Shown: piece after piece, positions 13,201 through 25,810 of the stretch | How the letters are laid out: each line of letters starts with the position of its first letter | How positions within the stretch are numbered: position 1 is the first letter of the stretch | Source of the DNA: Cyanophora paradoxa CCMP329 | Taxonomy: Eukaryota > Plantae > Glaucophyta | Assembly: GCA_004431415.1 (NCBI GenBank) | Contig: QPMI01000604.1 | Span: 29,286-93,285, forward strand | Direction of reading: 5' to 3' | DNA: 64,000 bases | Notes under the pieces: generated by a model | Told to the model about the DNA's origin: nothing | What the model saw: the letters and a program-made list of their open reading frames with translations, nothing else | The model's database searches: none | Position numbers and translations under genes: made by a program

Positions 13201-16158
13201 GCGCAGGGCTTCATCCACGCGGACCGCCTCTGCACGGTCTCGCCCCAGTTCGCCGCCGAGGTCGCCTCGGGCCCCCGCGGCGGCGTCGAGCTCGACACGT
13301 TCATCCGCGCCAAGGGCATCACTGTGCGCTGGCGCCGCGAACTTCGCAAACTTAAAGAATTCGCTACGTTTTTGGATTGTTAGTTGCACTGACTGCTAGT
13401 TCTTTATATACCGGCGCCAAGGTATATATAAGAACTAGCAGTCAGTACAGGGCAATCAGAACTAGCAACAGGTATATATATATATATACAGGGCATCACC
13501 GTGCGCTGGCGCCAGCGCCGGCGCCGGCGCTCCCATGGCCAATGCATATGCGAACTTCGCCTAAACCAATTCTAAAGAGAATTCGCTACGTGTCAGCCTG
13601 GCAGAGTGTTAATTTAACTGGATGTTAGTTATATACCTTTTAAAATCTTACATGACTCGGGAGGATTATGTGCGCAGGGGATCATGAACGGGGTGGACGT
13701 GGGGACGTGGGACCCGCAGGCGGACGTCTTCATCGTGACCCGCTACGGCCCCGCGAGCGTCGAGGAGGGCAAGGCCGCCAACAAGGCCGTCCTCCAGGCG
13801 CGTCTTTGCTTAATCGAACCCATTCTTTTCTAGCTTCTCTTATATATGGAAACATAATAAGCACCCCTTACCTTTGGTCTCTTCTGCGCATTCTTCCACT
13901 CTTCTTCTTCTACCTTTTTTCATTTTAATGCCACGCATTCTTCCTTAGCGTTTCTAGCGTCGCTTCTTTATTAAAACTTGACTCACTGTGGACTTCTTTA
14001 ATTAATTTGCCTTATTCATTTCGGTCTTTTAACTCACAGTGGACGTGGGCGCGCAGGGGCAGATGGGCCTGAAGGTGTCCCCCACGACGCCCCTCGTCGC
14101 CTTCGTCGGGCGCCTCGACGACCAGAAGGGTGCCCGAGCTCCCTTGCTCTCGACTTCTTTCGAATTCTAACTTTCGAATTCTTTGCAGGGGCGGACTGCC
14201 TGCTGGAGGCCCTGCCCTACCTCGTCAACACCCTCGGCGCCCAGGTGCGCGATGCGATGCCTTTACTTTAAATTCTCGATGCCCGAAGCTCCTGTAGCTA
14301 ATTCTCTCAAAGCTCTCAAAGACCCAATCTTTTGTAATTTCGTCGCCCCTTCTCTCATCTTTCGTGCGCTTCGGGCAGGTCGTGTGCTACGGGACGGGGC
14401 GGGAGGACCTCGTCGCCCAGTTCAAGGCCCTCGAGAAGCTGTACCCGGGGATGGCCAAGGGGAAGACCGCCTTCGTCCCCAAAGAGGAGCACACGGTCCG
14501 CCGCATTTAGTTAAAGTTTCTAGGCATCCAATTGATATTAAGAGATATCGATCTAATTATATATAATGCCTGCACTCTGATGATCGTTTAAATGCGATGT
14601 GTCCCCAACGAGGAGCACACGGTCCGCCGCGTCCATCGCTTCCAGAAGTCCGATTTCATAGATTGAATTAAGTGCCCGCCTTCTGCAAATCGTTTGATTG
14701 CGATGCTTTCGATCCTATTTATGCTGTCTTTAATCCACCCCTTCCTCATACACGAGTATTCCCTTTCTCGAGCTCGACCGCGGCGCTCACCCCCGGCGAT
14801 CGGCCGCGCAGCTGATGGCGGGGGCGGACTACATCGTCGTCCCCTCGCGCTTCGAGCCCTGCGGCCTCGTCCAGCTCCACGCCATGCGGGTCCGCCAAAA
14901 TAGAAGACGGCTTTAGAAATATTCTGATCGTGTCTACCGAATAAAATCTCTTTCCAGCTTGGTCATTATTTAATTTTATCTGACCTCTCTACTCTGTTGT
15001 TCTAATTATAATTACCGATATCGATGCTAATCGTTCACGCGCAGTACGGGACAGTACCGATCGTGTCGTGCACGGGGGGCCTCAAGGACAGCGTCACCCC
15101 GCAGTGCGGCTTCACCTTCGAGGAGGTGCGCAAATATTAACGCGCATGCTAGCTTTAGTTAATATGACGTCGCGGCGTTTAATGCGGAGGTCGAAGGAAG
15201 AAAGAGGCGTGCTAATAAAGAGAAATGAAAAAGAATTAGGCCGTGTTGATCGCGCTTTAGGTATTGGATATGCGCTTATCTCTAGCTCATCTAGATCTCT
15301 CCGTGATCATGAAAATTGAGATTTTATTTAGTTGGTTTATCTGAGTCGGCTTGGGCCTAGGCCTTGATCATGATAACGCGCTGTTTACGCTCTAGACGTG
15401 CACGTCACGGCGTGTGCTAATTATAATATTTATACTCGAGTCCGTGCACGTGTGCTAATTATAATATTTATACTCGAGTCGCTGATCGTGATCGCTTCTG
15501 GAAATGGCCCCGCAGATCCCGTCGCCGGAGTACCCCGGGATGAAGATCACGCCGGACCTGCTGGCCAAGGGGGCCCGCATCATCGAGGCCGGCTGCAAGG
15601 AGGCCCTCGCCGCCTACGGCACCAAGGTCCGCGGAGACCAAGCTTAAGGCTAGGGACCGGCGGGCCGGGGCTTCTCCTCTAACGTATTTGAATTTCGGCC
15701 TTCAGCTTGAGTTTAAGCCGAAGCTTAATAAGATGAAGGGGCCGTGGCGGCTCAAGCTTCTCCTCTGACTCTGACTCTCCTTCGTCGGCCCTGCAGGCGC
15801 TCACGGAGATGCGGCGGGCGTGCATGCGGCAGGACTTCCGCTGGGCCACCCGCGTCCTCCTCTACGAGAAGGTCCTTATAAATAGCTTACGTATAATTTA
15901 CAAGGCACTTATTTACTTGTTGTTTGACAGGTCTTCTACGAGACGCTCGGGATCGAGCGCGGGGCGCCGGCCACGCCGAAGGAGGCCCCCGTGGCGCCCG
16001 TCCCCTCCGCCGCCCCCAAGCCCGCCGACCTCGAGGCGGCGCAGGCGCCTCAGGCTCCGGTCCCCGCGGCCGGCCCCGCCACCGCGGCGCCGACGCCGGC
16101 GCGCGAGTCGTCGTCGCGGGCACCGGTACCCCCGGTCCGCAAGGCCGTCAAGGCCTAG
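10261..16158 (+). CDS. GBSS: granule-bound starch synthase (GT5), glaucophyte cytosolic type; interrupted by a MITE inside the KTGGL motif
   Basis: [36 protein letters not shown][insert][30 protein letters not shown]...[13 protein letters not shown]...[12 protein letters not shown]...HNIIYQGRF...GIMNG...[12 protein letters not shown]...[31 protein letters not shown]; many short exons; Pro/Ala-rich C-terminal tail. Confidence 0.95.
10472..10778. mobile_element. 307-bp non-autonomous TIR element (TGT...ACA ends, Ginger-like)
   Basis: Perfect 89-bp TIRs (10472-10560 and 10690-10778); 4-bp TSD CGGG, equivalently a 6-bp TSD ACGGGT with GTT...AAC ends; removing it restores AAG ACG GGT GGC CTT = KTGGL. 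Confidence 0.92.
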
Positions 16159-16735
16159 GCCGGCGCCCAGGCCCGCCCGCCCCCACGCAGCAGCCGCAGC
16201 TCACGTACGTATACGTTCCCTTGGGCAACGAATCCGAGCATCGATATCGATATCGATATCGGTGTTCTGGCGAACGTAGCGTTCGGCGCCGTAGTAGTAT
16301 TTGGCGCCGAGATTTCCTCTAGATCTAGCAGGCAATTTTGCTTTCGGCTCGGCGACGTCGATATCGCTATCGCTTCTCGCTGAGTCAGATATCTATCCAC
16401 GTTAACGTTATTAGAATATCTTTTCTTTCGTGAGCTGCACTGCTGCAGCTGCAGGCAATTTTGGTTTCCATATAATATAGGCAGTTACTTTGCACTCATG
16501 AGCACGTCCGAGCCTTGTTTAAATTTATGCTACAGTTTTCGAATTCAAGGCCAATTTTGGAAAAGTGTTCGATTCCAGTAGAAACGCAATCTAGATCTAC
16601 GTGTGATAGCCGCAAACAATCGAAATATATACAGCATTGCGACTGCGTCGCAGGCAGGATCTTCGGGATTCCGAGGCCTCGCATATATATTGAAGAGAAT
16701 ATTCGAGGGAGCTCGGCATCGCATTTGAAGAGGCC

Positions 16736-19700
16736 TCACAGGGAGGAGGAGGGAGATATTGGAAGTCTCACAGAAGTTCTGCGAAGATCTAGTTGAGCAG
16801 TGCTCTTAGGATTCGGGCCGGAGGATGCCCCGGAGGCTCGGGGGGAGGTACGGCCGCGTCGGCCGCGCGGCCGCGGGCGGGGCGGGCGTGGCGGCGGAGG
16901 CGGGGGCGGAGCTCGAGGCGCCGGAAGATCTAGAGTGGGCGGCCGCGGGTCGCCGGTGCAGCGGGGGCGGGGCCGAGGGGCCCTGCGGGGGTGCCGGGGG
17001 CTCCGGGGCCCGAACGGAGGCTGCCCGCGGCCGACCGGAGGCGGGCTGCCCGGCACGCGGGGCGGCACCCTCGCCGCAGCGGTAGGGGCAGCCGGCGCCC
17101 CACGCCGCGATGCAGAGGCGGTGGAACTGGTCTGCGCCGGACGACTCGTGCTCAGCGAAAGCGAATGGACGTATACGTAAGTAAATTTGCGTGGCGCGAG
17201 TCAGCACGAGTCAGCAGCTCTAGAGCGCGCGAACTGGAAATTTAAACTGCGCATGTGCAGAAATAAATTGGGATGGCGCACGGCCGCAGGGGAGGGCGGC
17301 AAGGGCGGGCCCCGGGGCCATGGCCGCGAGGCAGATCGGGCACTCGAGCTCCTCCGGATCGTCGCCGGCCGACGGGGGCCTGCCGCTTTGCTCGGACATG
17401 CTTATATAATTAAAACATTTGCTCGGAGAAGCTTATAGATAGCATATATAAGATCGTAGCTGAAGCGCACGATGCCTCTGCAGCTGGAAACGTCGCTCCC
17501 TTCGAATTCTCCGGGCGCCTGCTCCTCAAGATTTCTTCTTGGAGCTGCGCATGCCGCCGCTGCTGCTCCTCCTCCAGCTGCTCTTCCTCCCGCCGCCGCC
17601 GTTCGTCCTCCAGCTCCCGCTGGCGTCTCGCCTCCTCCTCGAGCTCCCGCCTCCGCTGCTCCGCGCGCCGCGCCTCCACCTCGACCTCGATCTCCTGCCG
17701 CAGCTCCCGGATCCTGCGCATGTGCGCGCAAGGTCAAGATGCGTTGTATTTGAAAGGCTGTCATGATCATGATCATTCGGTTCAGGGGAAGATCCATATA
17801 GAGGACGTCGCACCGGCTGAGCATATCGGCGCCGGAGCTTTGTGAGGTACCGGCTGAGCCAGCGTTTGTGAGGTGGCGCTCGCAGTTCCCCGCCTCCCGC
17901 ACGGCCGCCTCCAGCTCGCCCGCCCCCGCCATGCACCCTGCCCACAATCTCATACATTCAAAACGCGAAACAAACGTTAACACACACGAAGAACGAGTCG
18001 CGCACGGATGCGGAGCAGACGCGCCTCAGGGTCACCGGGCGACCGCTATATTATCAAAATGTTGCGAAACGCGGCCAATTAGTCCCGCGCTGAAGGTTAG
18101 AGCGTTCGTCTCAAAGTAAGCTGAAAGCCGCGCGCCTTTAGAAGCGCATCGAGGAGGGGGCGGGCGCGTGTCCAGTTCGACTTCCCGACGAGCTTCTGAG
18201 CTGTTTTCTGCCGAAGATTGACGATCTAGTTTCAGAGCAAGTGCGGAAATCTAACAGTTTGCGAGCGCTAGTGAAATTACCCGGTCTGCAGCATCGCGGG
18301 CGTCCCGCTCGGCACGCTCGGCCTCCTGTTTCAACTGCTGGCGCTTCTCCTCGGCCCGCTTCTGCTCCTCCCTAGCCTGCCGCCGCGTATGCACCGCAGC
18401 GTCGACGTCCGACCTTTTCGCAGAATTCCGCGATCGTGAATGGCCCATGCTGGCCATGGGCTGCGAAGGAATTTTGCGAAGCACTCCAGTGCGCGCGGTA
18501 TGCTCGAGACGCTGAAAACATATTAAATCGCGATTAGAAAGTTCTTCGGAAGGTTTTTGATACATGCGCTGCGAGCAGTCTACGAACCAGAATAAATGCT
18601 TCCGGCGACAAACTGAACGTGTTTGCACCAGCAGGCAGCCTCCCCGCCTGCCTGTAAAACTCGAGCATTTTCTGATGCAGGCAATTAAACGATAAAACAT
18701 CAATATTATAATCGGACTACATAACAAAGCCTCGCCTCTGCATAGAAGACGATAATATCGGAGTTGAACACGTGTCCCCAAAGACGCTTCTCCTCGTGAT
18801 CAAACGGGAAGTGTAGAATTTGATGCAAATCCAGAAGGGCCTGTTCTGTAGAGCAGTGTAGCAATCCGAAGGTCCTCTCGTGCGAGAGAATAGCTCGCTG
18901 TGCGAAAAGTAAATCCCGTAAAGTTGTGGAGCGAAAGAGCGCACGTAGGGAGACGCACTCGATTATACGACACGGCCTCGTCCCAGCGACGCGCGTCCAT
19001 GTGCAAAAATGTAAGACAATACAGGATATGGAGGGATTCCTCGGCGAAGCGTTCTCCTTGTCCGAGGCTTTGCTCTGTTTCGATGAGAGCGCGCTGCGTG
19101 CCAAAATGCAGATCTAAATGAGTTAAGGATACTTTTGATTTGCAGCCTGCAAAAACCACCCACCTCCAAATACGACTTAGCCCTGAAAAAATCCGATTTG
19201 CTTTCAAAGAGATGTCGTCCAAGATGTATCAGCGCAAATCCAAGAACATTTTCCTTCTTGCAGGATGCACACGCCCGTTCCGCAATCTCCAGGTTCAGCT
19301 GAGCGTGCGGACTCTCACGAAACTGCACCGCGAATGCATGGACGCCGGATCGGGACCGCTAACGCGCCTGCAGGATCTGTTCCGTTTCGCGCGGATGTCC
19401 TGCATCGGAAAATAGCCCGGATAGCCGTAGAAGGAAGTCCTTGCAACTGTTACGTATACTGCAGCAGCGCGATGCCAGTCGCTGCTCATTGCCGGAGTCG
19501 CGGTCGCTCTTGATCGCCAACTGAGTGGGAATTTGCAAGGAATTATGTAATCAACATTACATGAATGGGATTAGAACGCACCTGATAATACGTCCAGGCG
19601 GCCTCGCGATCCGACAGTTGGAGGCTGACGAGTGCGAGATTGCTTAGCAAATTTGCGACGTGATCGGAATCGTCGCTGGGTGTGGCGTGCTGCTTGGTGA

Positions 19701-20300
19701 TGTCCAGTGCCTCCTGCATTTTGAGCACAATATCAAAATCTTATAGTTATAATTAGCGCAAAAATTTATCTTGTCAGTCGCACCAGGTAGGCCTGCTTTG
19801 CAGTAGAGTAGTCTCCCAAACTCTGGCGAATTTCGCCATAGAGCGTTGCGTGCCTTACGAGATTTCCCGGAGACGCAGCACGCAGAAGCTCGTCCCGACG
19901 CTTTTCGTCGAAAAGGCGGGGAATGAGGAAGCGCTGCAGACTTAAGGAGTCAAGAATAGAAAAGATCTAGAGCATGGCAAGAGTATAGCAAGGAGTCCCT
20001 GGCACCTCGTGCAACTGCAACGCAATCATGAAACCTGCCCCGATCCACAGGCTGCAATTTGCGAGTCTAAGAGCGTAAGCGACCGACGTCAAGCTTTGCG
20101 CCCCACGCCTGGCGACGAATTCTTCATGTTCATCCTGCATTAAAAAATAATAAGCAGAAGACTTTCATTTAACGCGACTTCGAAAACTTTCGAATTCGGG
20201 AATCACGTGAAAGAGCTAATTAATTATATTATAAGCGCACGTTCCACCGGGTCCAGCAGGCCTCGAGCTCCATGCGGCTTTCGGGCCGCGTCTGCCCCAT
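16736..20300 (-). CDS. TPR-like/coiled-coil hypothetical protein, multi-exon, lower GC
   Basis: Exons such as LYGEIRQSLGDYSTAKQAYL|EALDITKQHATPSDDSDHVANLLSNLALVSLQLSDREAAWTYYQ, plus a Glu/Arg coiled coil (17410-17721); boundaries approximate. Confidence 0.5.
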
Positions 20301-21426
20301 TGCCTCCAGGCGGAGGACGAAATCCGCGCAGAAGGCAGCATCGTCGGCGGCATCCGGAGAGCGCGCCTCCTCGCACTGTTGGCACGTGCACTCGTGCTTG
20401 CACGCCCACGGGCGTGGAGGCTCGAGCTCGGGCCTGGTTCAAGGTGGTGGATCAGCGGGCCGGGATCAAAAGATCAGCACATACAGCCGCGCAATCGCGG
20501 TCTCGCACTGGAGCTGCATGCACTCGACGCATTGGAAAACTTTGGTGCTATCGCTGCCGAGCTTGAAAACGTGCAGCTGTACATCTCGCGCTCGGGTTTC
20601 GCGACAACAGACCGCGCGCAGCCATTCTCACCGTGGAAAGAGTCGAATTCGAAGAGAAATCAATACCGGTTGCCTGCGCATATAGATGCATGCATAAGTC
20701 GACGCGTACGCACGCGCGCGAGGCTTGCGCGACGCGCGCGATCAGACCTCATGCAAAAACTCGTCGAAGGCGCGAACGTCTGTATACGTATTTAGCTCTC
20801 GGAACTTGCGTTCTAGATCGGAACTGGCCATCAATTTCGCGGATCTCGGCGTGCAAAAGCACGAATTGCGGATCCACGCGTGGCTTCTTCTTGAGCGTCC
20901 GGCCGTGCACGCGTACGTGTCCCTCTAGATCTAGCTAGCTCGGCCCATTCCTCCCCTAGCTAGGCCTCCTCCCTTGATCCCCTCGAGCTCTCGAGCTGAT
21001 CCCCCCGGGGTTATATACCCCCGGGGTTATAATTAACACACAAGCCCCCCTTGAACACGTTCAACCTCCAACCTCTCTCGCCTATATATATTCCATCGTC
21101 CGGGATCCCGGACGCAACTTTCGCAGCAATCCTGCTTTTGCAGCAATCCTCTTAATTCGTCGCTTTTCTCGCTTTAATTTGATCATATGCATCCAATTTC
21201 GAAACACACTGGCGGACCAGAACCCCGCCCTCGCTTGCCGCCTTCCTACTCGTTGCCGGAGGCCGGAGATACGGTCTCTCCTTTGATCATCCAATTTCGC
21301 AGTCTTTTCGAGCCAATTTCGACCAGATCCTACTGTAGACCGCTCCCCCCCCCCCCCCCCGCGCTCTTCGAGCTCTAGATCTCCCTCTCCATTCGATGGA
21401 ATTTCGGGAGTTTTACGCCGCCCCCT

Positions 21427-24400
21427 ACTCGTTGCCGGAGATGCGGTCGCGGAGCTCCTCGGGCTTGAGCGAGGTCGCCCCCTGCGCCCGCGTCTTCTCC
21501 TCCAGCTGCCGGGGGAAGAAGGATCAGGATCATCAGGATCAGGAGGCAAGATCTAGCAGCGGGCGAGGGGCGAGGGGGTGCGGGGCGTGCGGGGGAAGGA
21601 GGGGGGGGGGGGGGGGGGGCGTCAGGATCGGGAGGTAAGATCCAGGAGGGGGCGAGGGGCGAGTGGCGAGGGGCGAGGGGCGGGGCGGTGCGGGCGTGTC
21701 TCGGCGGCCCTCAATGTCTAGGAGGGGGCCGGGCGCGGGGCGGGGCTATGGCGGGCACCTGGCGGCGCTCCTCGTCGCGGCGGGCGCGGGCGGCTTCGGC
21801 GAGGGCCGGCGGGAGCCGCGAGGCGCCCCGCTGCGTCAGGCTCGCCAGCGTCGCCTCCACCCACGCCTGCCCAGGAGAGAGCGTCAGAAAAGGGGGGCGG
21901 GGTGGGGGGGAGGGGAGCGGATGCCCGTTAGAGGAGAAGCACAGGAGCGCACAGTAGCGCAGGGCCTTAGAGCGGGCCCTTCGGTCTTTTGGCTCTACTT
22001 CTCCCTCTTTTCTCGACGCCCGCCCGCCCCCTCTCGCCCGCTGACCTCGGGGACGTCGGTGCGGCGGGTGAGGACGTCGGCCCAGTTGTTCGTGTACCGC
22101 CGCGCCACGCACACGCTCTCGTACGCTGCGGGGGGGACCGGGCTCAGACGCGCTCAGAAGGAGGACTCAGAAGCGGGGCGCGGGGCGGACGGGTAGTGGC
22201 GACGACGTAGGAGAGCTTCTTGCCCCAGCCTGCGCCCCGGGCGGGGAGAGAAAGAAATGAGGACCGGCCCCTTTGCTCCAGAGCGCGAGGACCAAGCGGG
22301 GAGCGGGGCGGCGGGGCTCGCACCGGCCTCGTAGGTGAGCGGGGCGTCCCAAATGTCCTCGCACGGGTCCATGTGCACCTGGGGGGGGGAGGAGCGGGCT
22401 CAGGTGAGGAGGGGGTGGGGGGGGGGGATGGGGGAGGAGAGGGGGGAAGGGAGGACCCAGCGCCCGAGCTCCTCCGAGTAGACCTCAGTCCCTGCCGCGC
22501 CCCGACTCAGAGAGGAAGGAAAGAAGAAGGGGGGGGGGGAAGGAAAAGGGGGGTACGGGCGCACAGACGTGGTCGGTCCAGTCGTTGATGAAGCGAGCGT
22601 CGTACCCCATCGCCCGGCAGAAGAGCGTGAAGCACTGCGCGGCGGGGCGGGGCGGGGCGGGAGACGGGCGTGAGCAGATGAAGGTAGGCCGCGATATTAA
22701 GGGAAAGGGCGCTGGAGGCACCTGGGCCCACTCGCCGCAGCGGCCGCGGCGGCTCTTCATGAGCGCCGCGACGTGGTTGTAGCGGGGGAAGCGCGTCTCC
22801 GTCCGGCACGCCTGCGCCCCACGCTCAGAGACGAGCAGCCGAGCAGCAGAAGACGAGAAGGCGGGGGCGGTCGCTGTGTAGAGCTAGAGCGAAGCTGAGC
22901 TATAGAGCCGGAGCCAAGTTCTGAGATGCGGGCGCGGCGCCCGGCTCGGCTCGCCCGGCACACGTAGAACGCGGAAGAGCTAGAGCTAAGCTGTCGCTAA
23001 GGGACAGAGCTCCGAGGCGGATGGGGCTTGCTAAGCGCGCGATGAACTTGGAGCAGAGCTCTAAATGAAAGCGCCGGGCTCGGCTCGCCTGGCAGACGTA
23101 GGTCTCGGCGTGCCCCGCGAGCCCCGCCCGCTCCTCTGCGGCCCCGGCGTGAGCGGCCCGGCCTGTAGGGAGGAGGAAAGGCGTTGAAGGCTCTAGCCTC
23201 CCCTGCACTGCCCGGCCCGCCCCAGGCCCGGCCCGCACCGGGCGTCGGGGGCGCGAGGCCCGTCCGCTCCATGTTCGAGCTGCGCGGGGGGCCGCGCCTC
23301 AGAGGACACGGCGCAGCGCGGCGCCTCCGACCGAAAGCGACGGGGCGCGCACCCGCCGCAGGAGTCGCAGGGCGGGCTGTTGACCCAGCGGAAGTACTCG
23401 TGCTTGAACCTGCGCGACGGGCCCTCAGACCCGCCTACGGAGAGGAAGAGGGGAGGGTACCAGTGCATGAGCTGGCAGACGATCTCGTCGCGGCGGCCCC
23501 GCCCCGCCTGCCCCAAATCTCAGATAAAATCAGAGAGATCAAATCAGGGATCGAATCAGCGCGCCTGGCCCTCGCGGGCGCGGGCGGCGATCGCCTCGTC
23601 GGCGCGCCGCTCGAGCTCCGCCCGCGGGATCGCCTCCAGCGCCTTCCTCTGCTCAGATCAGATCAGATCGGATCGGATCAGATCGGATCGGATCAGATCA
23701 GATCAGATCAGTTCAGATCGAACCTGCATCGCGGGGTCCTCGTACTGCTTCGTCATCTCGACGGCCCCCAGCAGCCGCTGCATGAACCGCTCCTTGTTCC
23801 CCTGCATATGCGTACCCGGCTCGGATCGGGAGGGGGGGGAAGCCGGGAGGGGGTACGGCGCACCTCCTGCTGGCGCCCGAGGAGCTGGGCCTTCGCCTGC
23901 CGCACCGCTGCGGCCTGGGCCGCGTGCGACTGGGGGTACAAGATTTCAGTCATGGGGATGGCGGGGTACGCGGTCGAGGGGATGGGGAGGGGGTACATGC
24001 CTGCTGCAGGTCCGCGAGCATCAGGTCCCCGAGGCGCCCCGCCACCTTGCCGACCTGTACCCCCCATTCGGACGGCAGAAGGGCTATTGTGGAGGGGGGG
24101 TGGGGATGCGCGCCTGGGTATCGACGCGTTCGGCGAAGAGGCATAGGCCCCCGAGCTGGGGGCACCGGCAGAAGAAGGGGGTAGCCTCCTCGGAGGCCGC
24201 CACCTGGACAGGGGGGTACCACGATCAGCAGGGGTACCGCGCAGAGGGGGGGATGACGGGGGAGAAGGGGGTACCTGGCCGCTGGCGCTCTGGCAGGTGG
24301 TCGCGCACGCCTGGCAGACCCTGTCCCCGCCCTGCGAACGAAGGCGAACGCTCCTCCGTGAGTCCCGGCCGAGGGGGGTAGAGGGGCGACCGGGCGGCTC

Positions 24401-25210
24401 GCCCTCAGAACGAAGACCGGCTGCGCGGCGCGTCAGGCGAGTGAGAAGGGGGTACTGGTGGACGCGGGAAGAGGGGGGTACGGCGCGCCTGGAGGATCTC
24501 GCGTTTGCCGAAGAAGATGCGGGAGCAGCAGTTGCGGACCTCCTCGATGTCCTCCTGGAAGAACACTGCGACTCCGGTTCGAATCCGGCGAGGATCATTT
24601 CTTTCGAGGGCGCGCTCGTTCGGGGGCGCACCCTGCTCGAGCTCCTTGGGGACCTCGGGGGTAGGCCCGACGCAGTCCTTGCCCTTTGGATTCGATCTGC
24701 GCGGCATCCGTGAGTCTATGCAGAGGATCGCGCGAAGGACGGGAGGGGCGGGCGCACCCGCCGGCGGCGCAGGCGGCGGCGGCGGCGGCGGCGGCGGGGT
24801 CCGGGGCGCCCATGAGCAGCACCGGCTTCCCGGCGGCCGCCGCCTCCGCCACCTCTTCTGCCGTCTTGAGGATCTGCGGGGGGGGGGTACTGAGTCCAAC
24901 GCGCGGCCGGCGAGCTGGCGGCCTGGAGCCGTGCGCGCCTTCCCCTTGGAGAGGAGCTTCTGGCGCTCGGGGGGTACGTCCGTCAACGAGAAGAGCTGCG
25001 GGGCGGCTGAGCAAGAGCGGGGGGGGGTACGGGGACGGCCGAAGCGGGGGGTACGTGCGGGCCTGGGAGAGGAGCAGCTCGAGGCCGTCCGCGGGGTCGA
25101 ACTCGACCTCGTGCGTCTTCCTGCGCGCTTTCAGAGGGACGAAGCGGGGCGGGGCGGGCGGGCCGAAGCGGGGCCTACTTGTTGTGGGTGATGGAGATTG
25201 AGACCGGCAT
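21427..25210 (-). CDS. PNG1: peptide:N-glycanase (transglutaminase-like) with N-terminal ubiquitin-like domain
   Basis: [18 protein letters not shown]...[92 protein letters not shown] (Cys-His-Asp triad); N-terminal [33 protein letters not shown]; 3' end ([11 protein letters not shown]) approximate. Confidence 0.92.
23653..23718. repeat. (AGATC)n microsatellite forming nearly an entire PNGase intron
   Basis: Directly visible. Confidence 0.9.
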
Positions 25211-25810
25211 GGCTCCTGCTTGCTCGCCTGAAGAGGTCTGCTCTCAGGAATCACTCTGCGCGGCGCCAGCGTGCGCGTCAGCGAATGCGCGTCAGCGAAT
25301 GGCCCGCAGCGTCTCGGAGAGGGAGAGCGTTCTCGGTTGTCTTAAAGCTGCAGGCGAGAGTGCTTGAGCAGCCTGGCACGCGAGCCGGTGGTGCCTGAAT
25401 GCATTCGCACAATGCGTACACGCCCGGCCGGGCGGCCCACGATGGCCGCAGCGAGAATAGAGCATCTTCACACAGCTAATGCACCAGGGGCGCGCTTTCC
25501 CACTCACCCCACGCGGCCGCTGCCGATCCTTCGCCGAAGACGGGCGGCGGGCAGTCCGGGGCGACGGAGCGCGACAGAAGCGACAGCTGCGGCCAGGAAT
25601 CGATCAGCGGATGCCGCCCCGGCGCGCACGTCGCGGGCAGAGCGGTGTCGGCTGACATGAGTCGGCGCTCCTGCTGGTCGACGCAGCGCCGCGCTGAGCA
25701 CCTGCCGAGCGGCGCGGAGTGAGGATGCGGGTCGCTGGAAGCGTCTAGAGCCCTCGGACCTGAGCCGCCTGCTTTTTTTCGCAGCGAATAGGGTACAACG
25801 TATTCGAGGG

